From Mobula hypostoma (Eukaryota): a DNA stretch of 64,000 bases. The stretch is from positions 13,640,001-13,704,000 of the forward strand of contig NC_086097.1 of assembly GCF_963921235.1 (NCBI RefSeq). Direction: 5' to 3'. The notes beneath the pieces are model-generated. The model was not told where the DNA came from. It was given only the letters and a program-made list of their open reading frames with translations, and did not search any database. Shown here in pieces: positions 62,538 through 64,000 of this stretch. Numbering within the stretch: position 1 is the stretch's first letter; each line of letters opens with the position of its first letter. A program made the position numbers and the translations under genes.

Positions 62538-63288
62538 AATGGCAAATGAAGTTTGATTCGGACGTCAGATCCTGGTCGAACATTGACAATGAGTGGAAGA
62601 GTCCTGGGGAGTACTGCAGAACAGAGGGACCTTGGAGATCAAGTGTGTGATTCACTGACAGTAGTCATAGGTAGACAGGGTGATGAAGAACACTGATCTT
62701 CATCCATCACCGCATTTGAATATAAAAGCTGGGAGGTCAGCATGTGGTTCTACAGGATGTTGATGCATCTGCACTTGGAGTATTGTGTTTGGAGTACCTG
62801 GAAACTGTGTTTAGTTTCAGTTACACTGTTAAAGGGAAGATGTTATTAAACTAAAAAGAGTAAAGAAAAGACTTACAGGACTTTAGGCACTAAGTCATAG
62901 TAGGATTTATTTCTTAGACCTAGTGGTGAATTTATAGAGATGCATAGAATCATGAGGGTGAATGTACAGTCTTTTTCTCAGGGGTGGAGAATCGAGAAAT
63001 CAAAGTCATAGGTTTAAGCTGAGATGCGAATGACTTAATAAGAACTTGAGGTGGAAATTTTTGACACAAAAGTTGGTGGAATGAGCTGTCGGGCAAAATG
63101 GTCGAGGCAGGTACAATAAGAACTTATAAAAGATAGTTGGGCAGGTACATAGATTGGAAGGAATCTTTCAGAAAGCTTTGGGCCAAATGTTTGTAGAAGG
63201 GTGCTAGCTTGGATGGGGCATCTTAGTTGGCGAGGACTAGTTGTGCCGACGATCCTGTTTCTGTGCTGCATAACTCTATGACTCTATG
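62538..63288 (+). mobile_element. Degenerate CR1 3' fragment
   Basis: WQMKFDSD, CAGAGGGACCTTGGAG, tail CTCTATGACTCTATGA. Confidence 0.85.
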
Positions 63289-63299
63289 AAAGAGTTGCG

Positions 63300-63620
63300 G
63301 GGTGATGGAAGAGCAAGGAGGAAGGCTAAAGTCTTGAGGAGAAAGGATCAGTTGGGAGGGAAGTTTGGAACCAAATGAAGACGGAAGGAAAATGGATACA
63401 GTGGAAGAACAACAGCCAAGGAAGGGAGAGAGGAGAGATAGGTGGTGAGAAATGGAAAGGGAAAATAGGAGGGAAGGTAAATGAGCAGACAAAGATGAAA
63501 GAAGAGGTAGGGAAGGGGTGAGGAGAAGACAGAAGCTAAAAACAACAATGCAGGCTAAAAGAAGGAGGATGTTGAAAAGAGGGTTTGCCAGGGACAGAAA
63601 TGAAAAATGTAAAGGAGGGA
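63300..63620. repeat. Polypurine low-complexity tract
   Basis: G/A-rich on the + strand. Confidence 0.85.
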
Positions 63621-64000
63621 TTTAGTGGTGGATGATCACTGAAAATTCCTCAAATGATGAGGAGATTCTGAGAGAGGTTTGCCCTCCAGTAAGGCTCCCA
63701 CCAGGCCACTGGAAGCTGTTAACGAGGTAGGTCATGGACACTGCACGTATAACTCCTCACCATTGATTTATTATCTCTTTCTGGAGCACACAAACCCTCT
63801 CATTGATCTGGAAAAACAAATGCTTTATTGGGGTCCTTGTTATTTTTCCAAATTTGCATTTACTTTTCAGGTAGATCATGGGATTGCTTTTTAGGAGTTG
63901 GAATTGGAATTAATTTGATATTGTCACATGTACAGAGGTACTGTGAAAAACTTAGCTTTGCATGCCATCCACAATTGCAGAAGTGTATTGAAGCAGTACA

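Noticed and set aside
1..64000. CRISPR arrays, operons or other prokaryotic systems
   Set aside because: The window is eukaryotic repeat-rich DNA with no regularly spaced repeat-spacer array or dense gene layout.

Overview
Repeat-dominated, apparently non-coding vertebrate DNA. The repeat repertoire points to a cartilaginous fish, probably a ray (inference): CR1, Rex1/Babar, fish-type L1, RTE-related and V-domain/Deu-domain SINEs, two clades of Penelope-like elements, Tc1, Chapaev3-like, Hero and solo LTRs. I cannot recognise a complete host gene. Every ORF I can assign is a transposon fragment. The only host-gene hint is a small CpG island with an ATG followed by a splice donor at about 61.7-62.1 kb. 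The best signals are RNA-structural. (1) Minimal hammerhead ribozyme motifs occur in both Neptune-type and Poseidon-type Penelope-like elements; this is an established phenomenon. (2) The 3' UTR of a Hero (R2-group) retrotransposon fragment at 46.6-46.7 kb, missed by the ORF track, contains all hammerhead core elements and helices but in a non-canonical, pseudoknotted strand order. This is the top candidate for something undescribed. Several clean rearrangement signatures are also visible: templated 5'-junction capture, a triple-nested Tc1, an old inverted duplication and a twin-priming-like inversion. Family names come from recognising motifs by eye, not from database searches. Boundaries of old repeats are approximate.
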